From a virus: a DNA stretch of 64,000 bases. The number at the start of each line of letters is the position of its first letter. Within the stretch, counting starts at the first letter, position 1. The stretch covers positions 32,001 to 96,000 of the IMG/VR virus record IMGVR_UViG_3300020048_000036, one strand, 5' to 3'. Position numbers and translations under genes: made by a program. Below are positions 39,137-47,631 of the stretch, piece by piece. The notes under the pieces were generated by a model. It was not told the origin of the DNA. It did not search any database and saw only the letters and a program-made list of their open reading frames with translations.

Positions 39137-39421
39137 TTTAAGTATTTCAATACCTAATTCTCTCTGTACTAGAACTAGTTCTTGGAGGGTGAAATTATGG
39201 CTACCACGAACCCACAAATTAACTGTTTCTAGTGGTAGCGCAAGATTTTCCGCAAGAAGTTCTTTACTACAACCCTTCTCATCCAAAGCCTTCAAAATCT
39301 TTAAAGCAATAACTTGAGAATATTTAATCCAATATCTATTCTCTACCCTCCATTTAATATTGGCTAAAGTTTTACCACCATCACTAACAGCAATAGCATT
39401 TAGTTTCTCTCGGTTTGTCAT
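39134..39421 (-). CDS. XRE/Cro-type HTH protein
   Basis: KELLAENLALPLETVNLWVRGSHNFTLQEL is a typical XRE HTH pattern. Confidence 0.75.
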   Translation of the reverse strand: MTNREKLNAIAVSDGGKTLANIKWRVENRYWIKYSQVIALKILKALDEKGCSKELLAENLALPLETVNLWVRGSHNFTLQELVLVQRELGIEILK

Positions 39422-39699
39422 ACAATACTTTTTTCTAGTTCAAAAATCTGTTCTTCAAGACACCTAATAGTATCTTGTGCTTCATTCCATTCTTCATCAC
39501 TTTTCTCAGCCCAAGTTCTAAGACCTTCATTACTTTTCCGCAAAGACTCAAGTATATCTACAACTTCATAAATAGAATCACCGTAATGAAAAGCATCACG
39601 TACATCATCTCTACCTAAAGCAAATAAATACCTTTGTACCTCATCAATACTTTTAATAGCCCTATCAATATCAGGACAAGTGTAACCTATCTTAGTCAT
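39418..39699 (-). CDS. Hypothetical coiled-coil protein
   Basis: 93 aa, overlaps the downstream gene by 4 nt. Confidence 0.6.
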   Translation of the reverse strand: MTKIGYTCPDIDRAIKSIDEVQRYLFALGRDDVRDAFHYGDSIYEVVDILESLRKSNEGLRTWAEKSDEEWNEAQDTIRCLEEQIFELEKSIV

Positions 39700-39710
39700 A
39701 TTTTATTGGT

Positions 39711-40100
39711 TTATAGTGGTTCAAATTTATCAAAATACATACTTACACTCATTAGGGGTATTATAGCAGATAAGGGTATGAAGGCAAAAATAGCAAATCC
39801 GTAACAAGCTCCATAAAAGAATGATATAGTATTATCAAACCAATCTCTGTCAGGGTATATGTTTAGTTCTTGGTCTATTCTAACTCTTATTACGCCACCC
39901 GTAATCAACACAGTTATAAAAACAATAATTAATGGTTCCCAAATACCAACAGCAAATAAACATCCTAGTATAATGGGGATAGATAAAGCTAATAGGTAGC
40001 ATACATACTTCAACTTTCGCCTAGACTTTGGTTTCATGTCCCATATTAATAAATCTAGTTTAAAGAGTAAAATCAATATTTTCGCAAAATAACTTTTCAT
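39711..40100 (-). CDS. Hypothetical membrane protein
   Basis: 129 aa with several hydrophobic segments and its own promoter. Confidence 0.6.
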   Translation of the reverse strand: MKSYFAKILILLFKLDLLIWDMKPKSRRKLKYVCYLLALSIPIILGCLFAVGIWEPLIIVFITVLITGGVIRVRIDQELNIYPDRDWFDNTISFFYGACYGFAIFAFIPLSAIIPLMSVSMYFDKFEPL

Positions 40101-40130
40101 ACAACCTCCTTATTAAGTAATTCAATGGTT

Positions 40131-40162
40131 CAAAGATAAAACAATTTTTCCGAAAAACCTAA
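40131..40162 (-). promoter_or_regulatory. Bacteroidota-type promoter
   Basis: TATCTTTG on the - strand (40131-40138), with TTAG 20 nt upstream. Confidence 0.65.
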
Positions 40163-40171
40163 TTTAACCAT

Positions 40172-40208
40172 AAAAAAAAATCCCACCCTAACCGAAGTTA
40201 AGATGGGA
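40172..40208 (-). terminator. Strong terminator with cUUCGg tetraloop
   Basis: - strand tcccatcttaac-ttcg-gttagggtggga followed by T9. Confidence 0.9.
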
Positions 40209-40232
40209 ACACATACAATACAATAAAAAAGA

Positions 40233-40577
40233 TTACTTAGAATCGTCTACAACCTTTTCCGCAGAAACCTTACGTTCCTCTACAACTTTTTTAAACTCCT
40301 CAATAGAAACAGTACTACCATCCTCAAAATACCTACGGAAATAAACACGGTGCAAAGTAGAATACAAATCAGAAATAGGCTGTGCAGAAGGAAGCAAACC
40401 TTGAGCAACTACTTCACCCTCGCCATTATACAAATTAATGGCATTCTCATCAATGTAATTCCTGAGAGCAGTCATAATCCGCTGGAAATCCGCACCCGTA
40501 AAATCCAGTTTCGTTTCAGGAAGGATAACCTGATTTTGAAGTGACTTGTAGTCAAATTCATCAACATTCTTTGTCAT
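40233..40577 (-). CDS. Hypothetical protein
   Basis: 114-aa ORF in the gene-dense - block. Confidence 0.6.
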   Translation of the reverse strand: MTKNVDEFDYKSLQNQVILPETKLDFTGADFQRIMTALRNYIDENAINLYNGEGEVVAQGLLPSAQPISDLYSTLHRVYFRRYFEDGSTVSIEEFKKVVEERKVSAEKVVDDSK

Positions 40578-40604
40578 TGTTATATAATTAAAATGGTTAA
40601 AAAA

Positions 40605-40712
40605 TCAATCTCTATTATCAGGCCCACCATATAGATGGCCTAAAAAATCCCCTATAACAGCAAGGATAACCCCTATTGCTATAAGTAAAGCTATAAGTTG
40701 TATAATGTTCAT
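40605..40712 (-). CDS. 35-aa single-TM peptide (not in the ORF track)
   Basis: MNIIQLIALLIAIGVILAVIGDFLGHLYGGPDNRD*. Confidence 0.45.
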   Translation of the reverse strand: MNIIQLIALLIAIGVILAVIGDFLGHLYGGPDNRD

Positions 40713-40800
40713 AATGTAAGTTTAAGTGGGGTTTAGGGTTAGTTATTTGTGGGGCAGATTTTCCGCAATGAAACTACATATTACATTGACATACAACCCT

Positions 40801-41814
40801 TTAAAAATCCAGTTCCTCATCAACTGTTTTAATAGGACTAGTAGGAGAGTTGGTTTCTTTAGTAATACCTAGCTTAGATTCTACAAATACATCCTGTATG
40901 TTTTCTATATCGTTTATATCACGAATTTTTATAAGATGATAGAATATATTATTAATAGGATTAAAGTGATTCCAAGTACTACCACCATCAATTATAAACT
41001 CTGGTGAGATGTAATTATATTTTTTCTTATTGAAGACCATATATTTTTGTAAAGCCCCTGCCTTGTAAGGGTCATATAAGAATAATACCAAATCTGACAA
41101 TTGATAAATTCCGTCCGAGCCGTAGAGGTCTGACCTATTAGGATTTTCTGTCTTATGATTACCTAAGCGTTCTTGTAGCCTTGTACGTTCTGATTGTACG
41201 AGGGGGAGGAAGCAACAATATGGGTGCTCCCGCTTTAACCTATTAAAAGCCTCGAAAAGGGAATCCACTGCCTCCTTCGTATTTCCCTTGACAAGGGTCG
41301 TATGGTCGAGACTTATTACTACTTTTTTATCAAGATGTAACTTTAAGAACTCCGAAACCTCATTATAAAACTCAGAACTACTTAGTATCTTTTGAATAAC
41401 AAACACATTAGGTTGTCTTTCCTCATCGGTAACTTTCCTAATAGCTTCTAAATTAGAACCAGTCTGTTTGTTAAACAGAACATCCTTCATTTTTAACCCA
41501 GTCTTCTGATAAATTTTGCGAAGAATTAGGTTTAGCGGTGAGCCTTCCCATTGGACCCGAAGCAATACCACATCCTTTTCTGTTTCTATAATATGGTTCT
41601 CTATACGTTGTAGTAAGTGGGTTTTTCCCATACCTGATGGGCCTGATATTGAGCAAATTGTTCCAGGTAGTAAACCCCCTAATAGGGAATTGTTTAACCA
41701 CTGACCAAAAGCATCATCCCCACAAGATATAGGCTTAATAGTCCCCTTTTGAAATTGGCCTATTAACTTTATAGCATCATCTGTAATTTCCTTGGAAGTT
41801 AATATTACTGACAT
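40801..41814 (-). CDS. dnaB: DnaB-like (SF4) replicative helicase
   Basis: Walker A GPSGMGKT, Walker B VVISLDH, LPLVQ and DLYGSDGIYQLSD motifs. Confidence 0.85.
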   Translation of the reverse strand: MSVILTSKEITDDAIKLIGQFQKGTIKPISCGDDAFGQWLNNSLLGGLLPGTICSISGPSGMGKTHLLQRIENHIIETEKDVVLLRVQWEGSPLNLILRKIYQKTGLKMKDVLFNKQTGSNLEAIRKVTDEERQPNVFVIQKILSSSEFYNEVSEFLKLHLDKKVVISLDHTTLVKGNTKEAVDSLFEAFNRLKREHPYCCFLPLVQSERTRLQERLGNHKTENPNRSDLYGSDGIYQLSDLVLFLYDPYKAGALQKYMVFNKKKYNYISPEFIIDGGSTWNHFNPINNIFYHLIKIRDINDIENIQDVFVESKLGITKETNSPTSPIKTVDEELDF

Positions 41815-42455
41815 TTTTTATCTTTTGTCTTTACATGAGGTGTAGTTATAGCTTCTATCTTATCCCAGTTACGTCTTATCCTATCTCTTATTATGTAAGC
41901 AGGAACATTATAAACCCTAGCCCAATCAGTAATAGACTTAGTTTCCTCCCCTATAGTAACATAATGGTTATTTCTACGGTTGTTCTGTTGGTCTCGAAAA
42001 CTTATCCAACGACAATTTTCTGGGGAATATCCCAAATCATTATTAGACCTATCTAAAGTTAAATCATCACTATATCCTGAGGATAAGGCCCAATCACGAA
42101 ATGGTAAAAATTCAAGCCACTCATCACATACCTTTATCCCCCGTCCTCCATAGTTGTGGTAATCACAGAAGTTAGGACAACCACACCTATTTTTCATAGC
42201 GTTCCATATCCTATAAACTCTAGTATCCCTTTCACCATGTCTATAGTTTGATTGTGTCCTACATTTTACACACCCTTGTCCTCTAGCAAAAGCAGCCCAA
42301 TCTCTATCTATGATGTCCCCACACTTACATTTAAACCTGTAAGTAACATGTCCAAATTTGTCCCTTCCTAAGTATTCTAAAACTTCTAGTTTTTCATTTT
42401 TAAGGCCAACTCTATTTTGAATATCTTCCTCTGTTAATCTTACTCCTTTAGGCAT
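41805..42455 (-). CDS. Free-standing HNH homing endonuclease
   Basis: CKCG, YRIWNAMKNRC, YGGRGIKVCDEW and TLDRSNNDLGYSPENCRW motifs. Confidence 0.88.
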   Translation of the reverse strand: MPKGVRLTEEDIQNRVGLKNEKLEVLEYLGRDKFGHVTYRFKCKCGDIIDRDWAAFARGQGCVKCRTQSNYRHGERDTRVYRIWNAMKNRCGCPNFCDYHNYGGRGIKVCDEWLEFLPFRDWALSSGYSDDLTLDRSNNDLGYSPENCRWISFRDQQNNRRNNHYVTIGEETKSITDWARVYNVPAYIIRDRIRRNWDKIEAITTPHVKTKDKKCQ

Positions 42456-42508
42456 CCTATATTTTTATTGTATGAAAAGTTGTTTTATTGTAAAGGGTTT
42501 TTGCAAAA

Positions 42509-43054
42509 TTACAACCCCCCCTCTTTACAAAGTGAGTATAGCTTACTTGAATCAAGAGAAAACTTAACTGAAAAAACATTGTCGGCCTTAAAGATTAAGT
42601 TTTGGAGGGACCTAATGTACTTAGGCTCTCTACTATTTGACTCAAGATAATCTTCTACAACCTTATATACTTTTTCAGGTGCATATCCAGTTTCCGCAAT
42701 AAAGCTGCAATAGTACTGTAAGCCTTTTTTATCAGAGCCTAGCTTATCATTATATCCATTTGCCAAATAGAGCTGCTTTAGAGCCACGTAGTGACCTTTA
42801 AATTCATCAGTGAGGTCAACTATCGACAAGGTACGTAAAAACGCTGTAGCGGCTTTTGTAGGCTTGAATCCTTTGCCAGATTTTAATGGTTCGATAAACC
42901 CTCTCTTTGATAATACTAAAATTGAGTTTTCAATAGGTATAAAAGAAAATAGTTCCTTATACAACTCTAGGTCTTTTTGTTTGATTGCTATTAATAATCC
43001 TAAATCTTTTATGTCTAGTCCTTGGGTATGCAGTTGTTTGTAGTTAATATACAT
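42509..43054 (-). CDS. Possible replication-associated wHTH protein
   Basis: LSKRGFIE...T...FL looks like a winged helix; lies upstream of the helicase. Confidence 0.4.
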   Translation of the reverse strand: MYINYKQLHTQGLDIKDLGLLIAIKQKDLELYKELFSFIPIENSILVLSKRGFIEPLKSGKGFKPTKAATAFLRTLSIVDLTDEFKGHYVALKQLYLANGYNDKLGSDKKGLQYYCSFIAETGYAPEKVYKVVEDYLESNSREPKYIRSLQNLIFKADNVFSVKFSLDSSKLYSLCKEGGL

Positions 43055-43082
43055 TTAGTATGTTTTTGTTGTATAAAAAATT

Positions 43083-43205
43083 TTAATGTGTTAGTGTAGG
43101 TTCTTGTTGCCAATTTAAGTATTGGTTATCGTAGGGGTGTTTGTTGGCTTGTTTTCCGCAAATCTCACAAATAACCCTACCATCAACTCTTTTAAAATCT
43201 TCCAT
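43083..43205 (-). CDS. 40-aa CxxC peptide (not in the ORF track)
   Basis: MEDFKRVDGRVICEICGKQANKHPYD...; ATGA overlap with the upstream gene. Confidence 0.45.
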   Translation of the reverse strand: MEDFKRVDGRVICEICGKQANKHPYDNQYLNWQQEPTLTH

Positions 43206-43696
43206 CACTTCACAAATTCAAATGAAATTCTTTTACTTATATCCACATGACCTACAGCAGCCCAAGCATCCTCAATTGTATATACGCCTACATTATTAGG
43301 ACTATTAGTGTACCCACAACTATTAGGACCCCAATAAGCACCATGTTCTCCTGAATAAATATAGACTTTTTGATATGGATTATCCGCAATAAGTTTCTGC
43401 ATTTTTTCCTTCCACCTTCTGTTTTCTAGGATTTCTTGTATCCAATAGTAAGGTAATGTTCTTCCTTCAAACTCATAATTGTCAGCATATTTATCCCTCC
43501 TAACCCTAACATCTTTGTACTCAAGGTCAGTTTCCGCACAAGAACCTTCTCCACAAAAATACTTATACTTGGCTTGTTCAGGAGTTTTAGCATACAACAA
43601 TTCTTTATAATCACTATTAGGGTCATAGTTATACCAACCATTTTTCTTGGTAGTACAAAGATATGCTTTCTCAACTAGTTTAAGTTTCTGTTCCAT
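43205..43696 (-). CDS. Hypothetical protein, probably leaderless
   Basis: 163 aa; TACCTTTA lies 4 nt before the ATG. Confidence 0.65.
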   Translation of the reverse strand: MEQKLKLVEKAYLCTTKKNGWYNYDPNSDYKELLYAKTPEQAKYKYFCGEGSCAETDLEYKDVRVRRDKYADNYEFEGRTLPYYWIQEILENRRWKEKMQKLIADNPYQKVYIYSGEHGAYWGPNSCGYTNSPNNVGVYTIEDAWAAVGHVDISKRISFEFVK

Positions 43697-43700
43697 GTTG

Positions 43701-43732
43701 TAAAGGTAATCAATTTTTAGTTATTGTGCAAG
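43701..43732 (-). promoter_or_regulatory. Bacteroidota-type promoter
   Basis: TACCTTTA 43701-43708, with CTTG 20 nt upstream. Confidence 0.65.
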
Positions 43733-44164
43733 TTATTTCTGTTGTTTTAGAACATTTATTCTATTCTCAAGTTGTTTAATTTCTGATTCTAGCTTTTCTT
43801 GCATTCTAGCCTTTTCCCATTCATCATCAGCAATAGACTCTTCTACACTAGCCCTTGTGATTTTATACCCATATATATCATACTCTACGTGGTCTCCATG
43901 AAAATCAATAGATATAAAATTAGCACCAGCTTCTTTCACTTTCTGTACAACACCTTCTAAGTACTCAATAGGTATTTCTAATGAAATAGGTTCACCGTTA
44001 AACTTACCTTTGAGAATATCTTTTGTATAGACATCCTTTTCAGTATCAAGTTCTTCCCTTGTGGCGAATTGTTGAGTTTTTAGAAAAGTTAGTTCTTCTG
44101 TGGAGTTGTAATAAACTTCTTCCTTGTTTACTTTGATTTCTATGTAATAATCTTCTACATTCAT
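43733..44164 (-). CDS. Hypothetical acidic protein
   Basis: 143-aa ORF overlapping its neighbour by 4 nt. Confidence 0.6.
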   Translation of the reverse strand: MNVEDYYIEIKVNKEEVYYNSTEELTFLKTQQFATREELDTEKDVYTKDILKGKFNGEPISLEIPIEYLEGVVQKVKEAGANFISIDFHGDHVEYDIYGYKITRASVEESIADDEWEKARMQEKLESEIKQLENRINVLKQQK

Positions 44165-44433
44165 TTGTTTAAAATTTTATTAGTTAAATAATGCTCAATA
44201 ATCTCATCCTCAAATTGCTCTAGTGCTCGTTTGGGATTTATAGGATATGGCGCAAAGTCTTCTTGCGGGTTAGGAGTAATCATGTTTAGTTCATTTTCTA
44301 CTACATAATCCAACAAGTCATCTTCTGCAACACAAATTTCTTTGAAGTCACTAAAACCATCTAAGTCTACATATTCAATAACATACAATGCTACTTCTGG
44401 TGGTATTACGTTTACTTTAATATCCAAGTCCAT
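44161..44433 (-). CDS. Hypothetical acidic protein
   Basis: 90-aa ORF. Confidence 0.6.
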   Translation of the reverse strand: MDLDIKVNVIPPEVALYVIEYVDLDGFSDFKEICVAEDDLLDYVVENELNMITPNPQEDFAPYPINPKRALEQFEDEIIEHYLTNKILNK

Positions 44434-44444
44434 AATTTAAGTTT

Positions 44445-44618
44445 TTAATTTTCGTCAAGTAATCTTACTCTCACATCAATATACCTTAATCCTTTCAACT
44501 CATTATCCTTACAGTACTTAAAGAACTCCGCCTTAGCATCATCCTTATCGTAAGCATAAATGTAAGTTAAGTCATCTGCTTCTCCTAATGTGCAGTAATA
44601 TTTCCGTAATGTTTTCAT
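44445..44618 (-). CDS. 57-aa hypothetical protein, probably leaderless (not in the ORF track)
   Basis: MKTLRKYYCTLGEADD...; TATCTTTG (44623-44630) lies 4 nt before the ATG. Confidence 0.6.
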   Translation of the reverse strand: MKTLRKYYCTLGEADDLTYIYAYDKDDAKAEFFKYCKDNELKGLRYIDVRVRLLDEN

Positions 44619-44655
44619 AATTCAAAGATAAGAATAATTTTCGGAAAAATCTACT

Positions 44656-45033
44656 CTACAACAAACATTTTTTAAGATAATCTGTATCCATCTCAAATTC
44701 AGGTATTGAAAGTAAATAACCAAGACCAATATTAGCAACAACAATTTCGCTAAGAACCCTCCATTCCTGATTAGATAAAAGATTAAACCCATTACATAGA
44801 TAACGTTCTAGGTAACTCATGGCAAAAAATTCGTCCTTTCTAGGTAAAAAATTACGTTTTAGTAACAAAGCCTCATCAGCAATATAAGAACCAAATACCT
44901 GTTGATAGATACATCTTTTAGTAGGATGCAATTTATCAGCATCAAGCCTCATTTTCTGCTCAGGTGTAAGTGCCTTATTAAGATAAATTATCTCTTCCTT
45001 GACTTTCCCTAAAAATTGTTCGTTGGTTATCAT
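44656..45033 (-). CDS. Hypothetical protein
   Basis: 125 aa, 4-nt overlap with the upstream gene. Confidence 0.6.
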   Translation of the reverse strand: MITNEQFLGKVKEEIIYLNKALTPEQKMRLDADKLHPTKRCIYQQVFGSYIADEALLLKRNFLPRKDEFFAMSYLERYLCNGFNLLSNQEWRVLSEIVVANIGLGYLLSIPEFEMDTDYLKKCLL

Positions 45034-45962
45034 TGGTTTATTGTGTTTTGTTTTCTAAAAAATACGTAAACATTTTTCCTAGTAACATCTGTTTTGGACA
45101 TTCCTTGTAGTTTTTTAAAAAACGCTTTATCATCATATAACTTATTAAGGAAGTAATCCAAGGTATAACATTCAGTATCCCCTTTAATCCTTAACTCAGA
45201 AAGGTAGTTAGCAAAACCATCCACAAAGTAGTCATATCGGGGAAAGGGCTCATTTAAGTAATTATTGGCTGAAATTATTTCCCTTATATCATCAATAACT
45301 CTTTCATTTTGGAATAGTAAATTCAAGTGTTGGTAGGGGGTATCGTGGACTCCATAATTTTCAGTCTCATGTTTAAGATAATTTCGTACAACATTAATGT
45401 CACCCCTATTCCTTACTCTTGTAGAGAAATCATCCGACACATAGAACGTTATATCAAACATTGATTTTAACAACAATCTAAGACCTCTATCAAAGAACAA
45501 ATCAATACTTGCTCCTGCCCTAGTACCATTGGTTGATAATTTCCAAAGGTTAAACCTTAGCATTAGTGACATAATATGATTTGGTTGCAGCTTGTTGGTT
45601 ATCACCTTAATTAATACAGGTGCATTACCATCAAGTTCTGCATAATCAGTGAGTAATCTATTAAAACCATCAAGTAAAAAGTATTTATCTTCTATTTTGA
45701 TTGCGTAAATTAAGTTACAAGCTAGTGCTGCCTTTTTACTCTCTAGTATAATACCTTCTTTCCTGTATTTATTTTTAGCTTGGGAATCAAATTCGGTTAA
45801 ATCATAACCATCATACCAAGACCTTACCCATTTTTGGGCTTCTGAAAGAGTTGTTTTATAAAGTGTGTAATCAACCTTCAACAAACAATCGTAACTGTGT
45901 TCTAAAACTTTTAATGTATTTTCCATAATTCTCGCAAAAGGGTTTTTATACAACCCTTCCAT
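45030..45962 (-). CDS. ParB/Sulfiredoxin-fold protein of DUF262/DndB type
   Basis: YAIKIEDKYFLLDGFNRLL...LMLRFN resembles the DG..RL...R.N pattern. Start corrected to ATG 45962, 4 nt after the -7 box. Confidence 0.55.
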   Translation of the reverse strand: MEGLYKNPFARIMENTLKVLEHSYDCLLKVDYTLYKTTLSEAQKWVRSWYDGYDLTEFDSQAKNKYRKEGIILESKKAALACNLIYAIKIEDKYFLLDGFNRLLTDYAELDGNAPVLIKVITNKLQPNHIMSLMLRFNLWKLSTNGTRAGASIDLFFDRGLRLLLKSMFDITFYVSDDFSTRVRNRGDINVVRNYLKHETENYGVHDTPYQHLNLLFQNERVIDDIREIISANNYLNEPFPRYDYFVDGFANYLSELRIKGDTECYTLDYFLNKLYDDKAFFKKLQGMSKTDVTRKNVYVFFRKQNTINQ

Positions 45963-45966
45963 ACAA

Positions 45967-45998
45967 CAAAGATAAACAATCATTTCCAAACTTCCAAA
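45967..45998 (-). promoter_or_regulatory. Canonical Bacteroidota promoter
   Basis: TTTG (45995-45998), 20-nt spacer, TATCTTTG (45967-45974). Confidence 0.8.
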
Positions 45999-46000
45999 CC

Positions 46001-46051
46001 GTTCACAAAAATAATTTGTTCATGTAACGTGAACACTAAAATAAAATGAAC
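46001..46051. promoter_or_regulatory. Symmetric four-box putative operator
   Basis: GTTCAC-N11-GTTCAT-N5-GTGAAC-N11-ATGAAC, directly upstream of the -33 box. Confidence 0.65.
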
Positions 46052-46081
46052 AAACAAAAGGCCGATAATTTCTTACCGACC
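46052..46081 (-). terminator. Terminator
   Basis: - strand ggtcggtaa-gaaa-ttatcggcc followed by ttttgttt. Confidence 0.8.
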
Positions 46082-46110
46082 CCACATTTTTCCGCAAAAA
46101 GCTATTACAA

Positions 46111-46293
46111 CTACAACTTTTCCTCCCACTCCAAACCCCTCACAGTAACATTATAAGTACCCCTATCAACATCACCACTCTCATAAATATCCCACCACAC
46201 GTCTTTCTCTTCAATATCATAACCATATTTAGCTTTAATGGCTTCAAATATTTCTTCCCTCGTAATAACGATTGTTCTTGTTTCTTTAGGCAT
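46111..46293 (-). CDS. Hypothetical protein
   Basis: 60-aa ORF. Confidence 0.55.
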   Translation of the reverse strand: MPKETRTIVITREEIFEAIKAKYGYDIEEKDVWWDIYESGDVDRGTYNVTVRGLEWEEKL

Positions 46294-46298
46294 AATGT

Positions 46299-46733
46299 TT
46301 AGTTTTCAAAGTCATATAATACATCAATAAAATCATCAAATTCCAATTTATTCTCATCACAAATATCCCGTATCTGCTGTATCTTGTTTTCAATTTTGGA
46401 AATAGCTGAATTTAATATTTTGGCTTTATCCAAAAGACACCCTATTTCTTCCTCCAAATCATCTTTGGTAGGAATAGTATCGCCCCAACTGTTAATATCG
46501 TTTTGGTAGATAGAAAGACCGTTGTTGTTAACTGGTGTGTGAAATTGTATCCCCCAATCCTCATCCTTGGTTTCATTAAGGTAAATTTCCGCAAAAATAG
46601 TTACCTCCATAGAACCTACAAAAATTTTATAATACAGACAACCACTATCATCTGTTTCCATATCAAACCTAAGCCTTTTCTCTTTAAGGTAATTCTCTAT
46701 AATCTCCTGTATATTGTGTTTATTCAATTCCAT
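46299..46733 (-). CDS. Hypothetical acidic protein
   Basis: 144-aa ORF. Confidence 0.6.
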   Translation of the reverse strand: MELNKHNIQEIIENYLKEKRLRFDMETDDSGCLYYKIFVGSMEVTIFAEIYLNETKDEDWGIQFHTPVNNNGLSIYQNDINSWGDTIPTKDDLEEEIGCLLDKAKILNSAISKIENKIQQIRDICDENKLEFDDFIDVLYDFEN

Positions 46734-46824
46734 AGTATATTAGTTTTGTAGAGTATTGGTTTTCTCTGTTATAAAATCTTTTATCCAATTCAAGTCAATT
46801 TCAGATAAGCACTCTAGGAAGGTT

Positions 46825-47631
46825 TTAAAAATTAAAAACCCATTTACCTAAATTAGAAATGTCTAATTTATAACTTAGTAATATAGCCTCATTGTCCTTT
46901 AGGACCCTACTTTCAATAAAATTCTTTATCCAAGTAAAATCTAATTGACTTCGGCATTCAGTATCACCCTGGAAGCGATTTAAAGGAATGTATTTATAGG
47001 GGGCATGTTTTCTAAGGATATTAGTTTCTAATTCTCTAATTAGGCTTGTGTAGGTCTGGTACCCTAATAAAAAACTAAACTCATAAGGCATTCTGCAAGG
47101 ACCAGTAAATCTTTGTTTAAGAGTACTAGAAGTTAAACCTATTTTGTAAAAAGATTCTTCATTATTATAACAATGGAGTATATATAAGGTTGATTTTCTA
47201 CCTTTAATACTAGGCTCAGAGTATAATTTATCTTGTTTAAAACACTTTGCACACTCTCGGTCCTGTGCATGGTTTAGTGGGTACTGCCAAAAACTACAAT
47301 GAATAGGGCATATAATTTCAATTTTATTCTTAGAGCCTGTAAAAGATGCTTTAGAGTAATCGTACTTGTTATGATATTTGTTTTTAAAGATAGGAATCCA
47401 ATAATTTGAATCTTTTGTTCTAATTTTTCCAGATTCTTCCCTAGCACATTGGTCACAACCCCTTAATTTATGATTATCAGGTCTTTGGTAAAAGATACCG
47501 TGTATGGGACAATTGATTTTCATACTATCTTTGGCTCTCCCAATAGTTTCAGGAAAGTAGGTATATTTGTTATCGTGCTTTTCTTTGAACATTTCCAACC
47601 ATTTGGTAATATACTTATCATTTTGCTTCAT
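46825..47631 (-). CDS. Free-standing GIY-YIG-type (T5orf172-like) endonuclease with two zinc-binding repeats
   Basis: Two K(H/Y)..KY.Y...CPIH...Q.P.NH...C..C repeats, then LYIL...FYKIGLT...QRF. Confidence 0.75.
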   Translation of the reverse strand: MKQNDKYITKWLEMFKEKHDNKYTYFPETIGRAKDSMKINCPIHGIFYQRPDNHKLRGCDQCAREESGKIRTKDSNYWIPIFKNKYHNKYDYSKASFTGSKNKIEIICPIHCSFWQYPLNHAQDRECAKCFKQDKLYSEPSIKGRKSTLYILHCYNNEESFYKIGLTSSTLKQRFTGPCRMPYEFSFLLGYQTYTSLIRELETNILRKHAPYKYIPLNRFQGDTECRSQLDFTWIKNFIESRVLKDNEAILLSYKLDISNLGKWVFNF

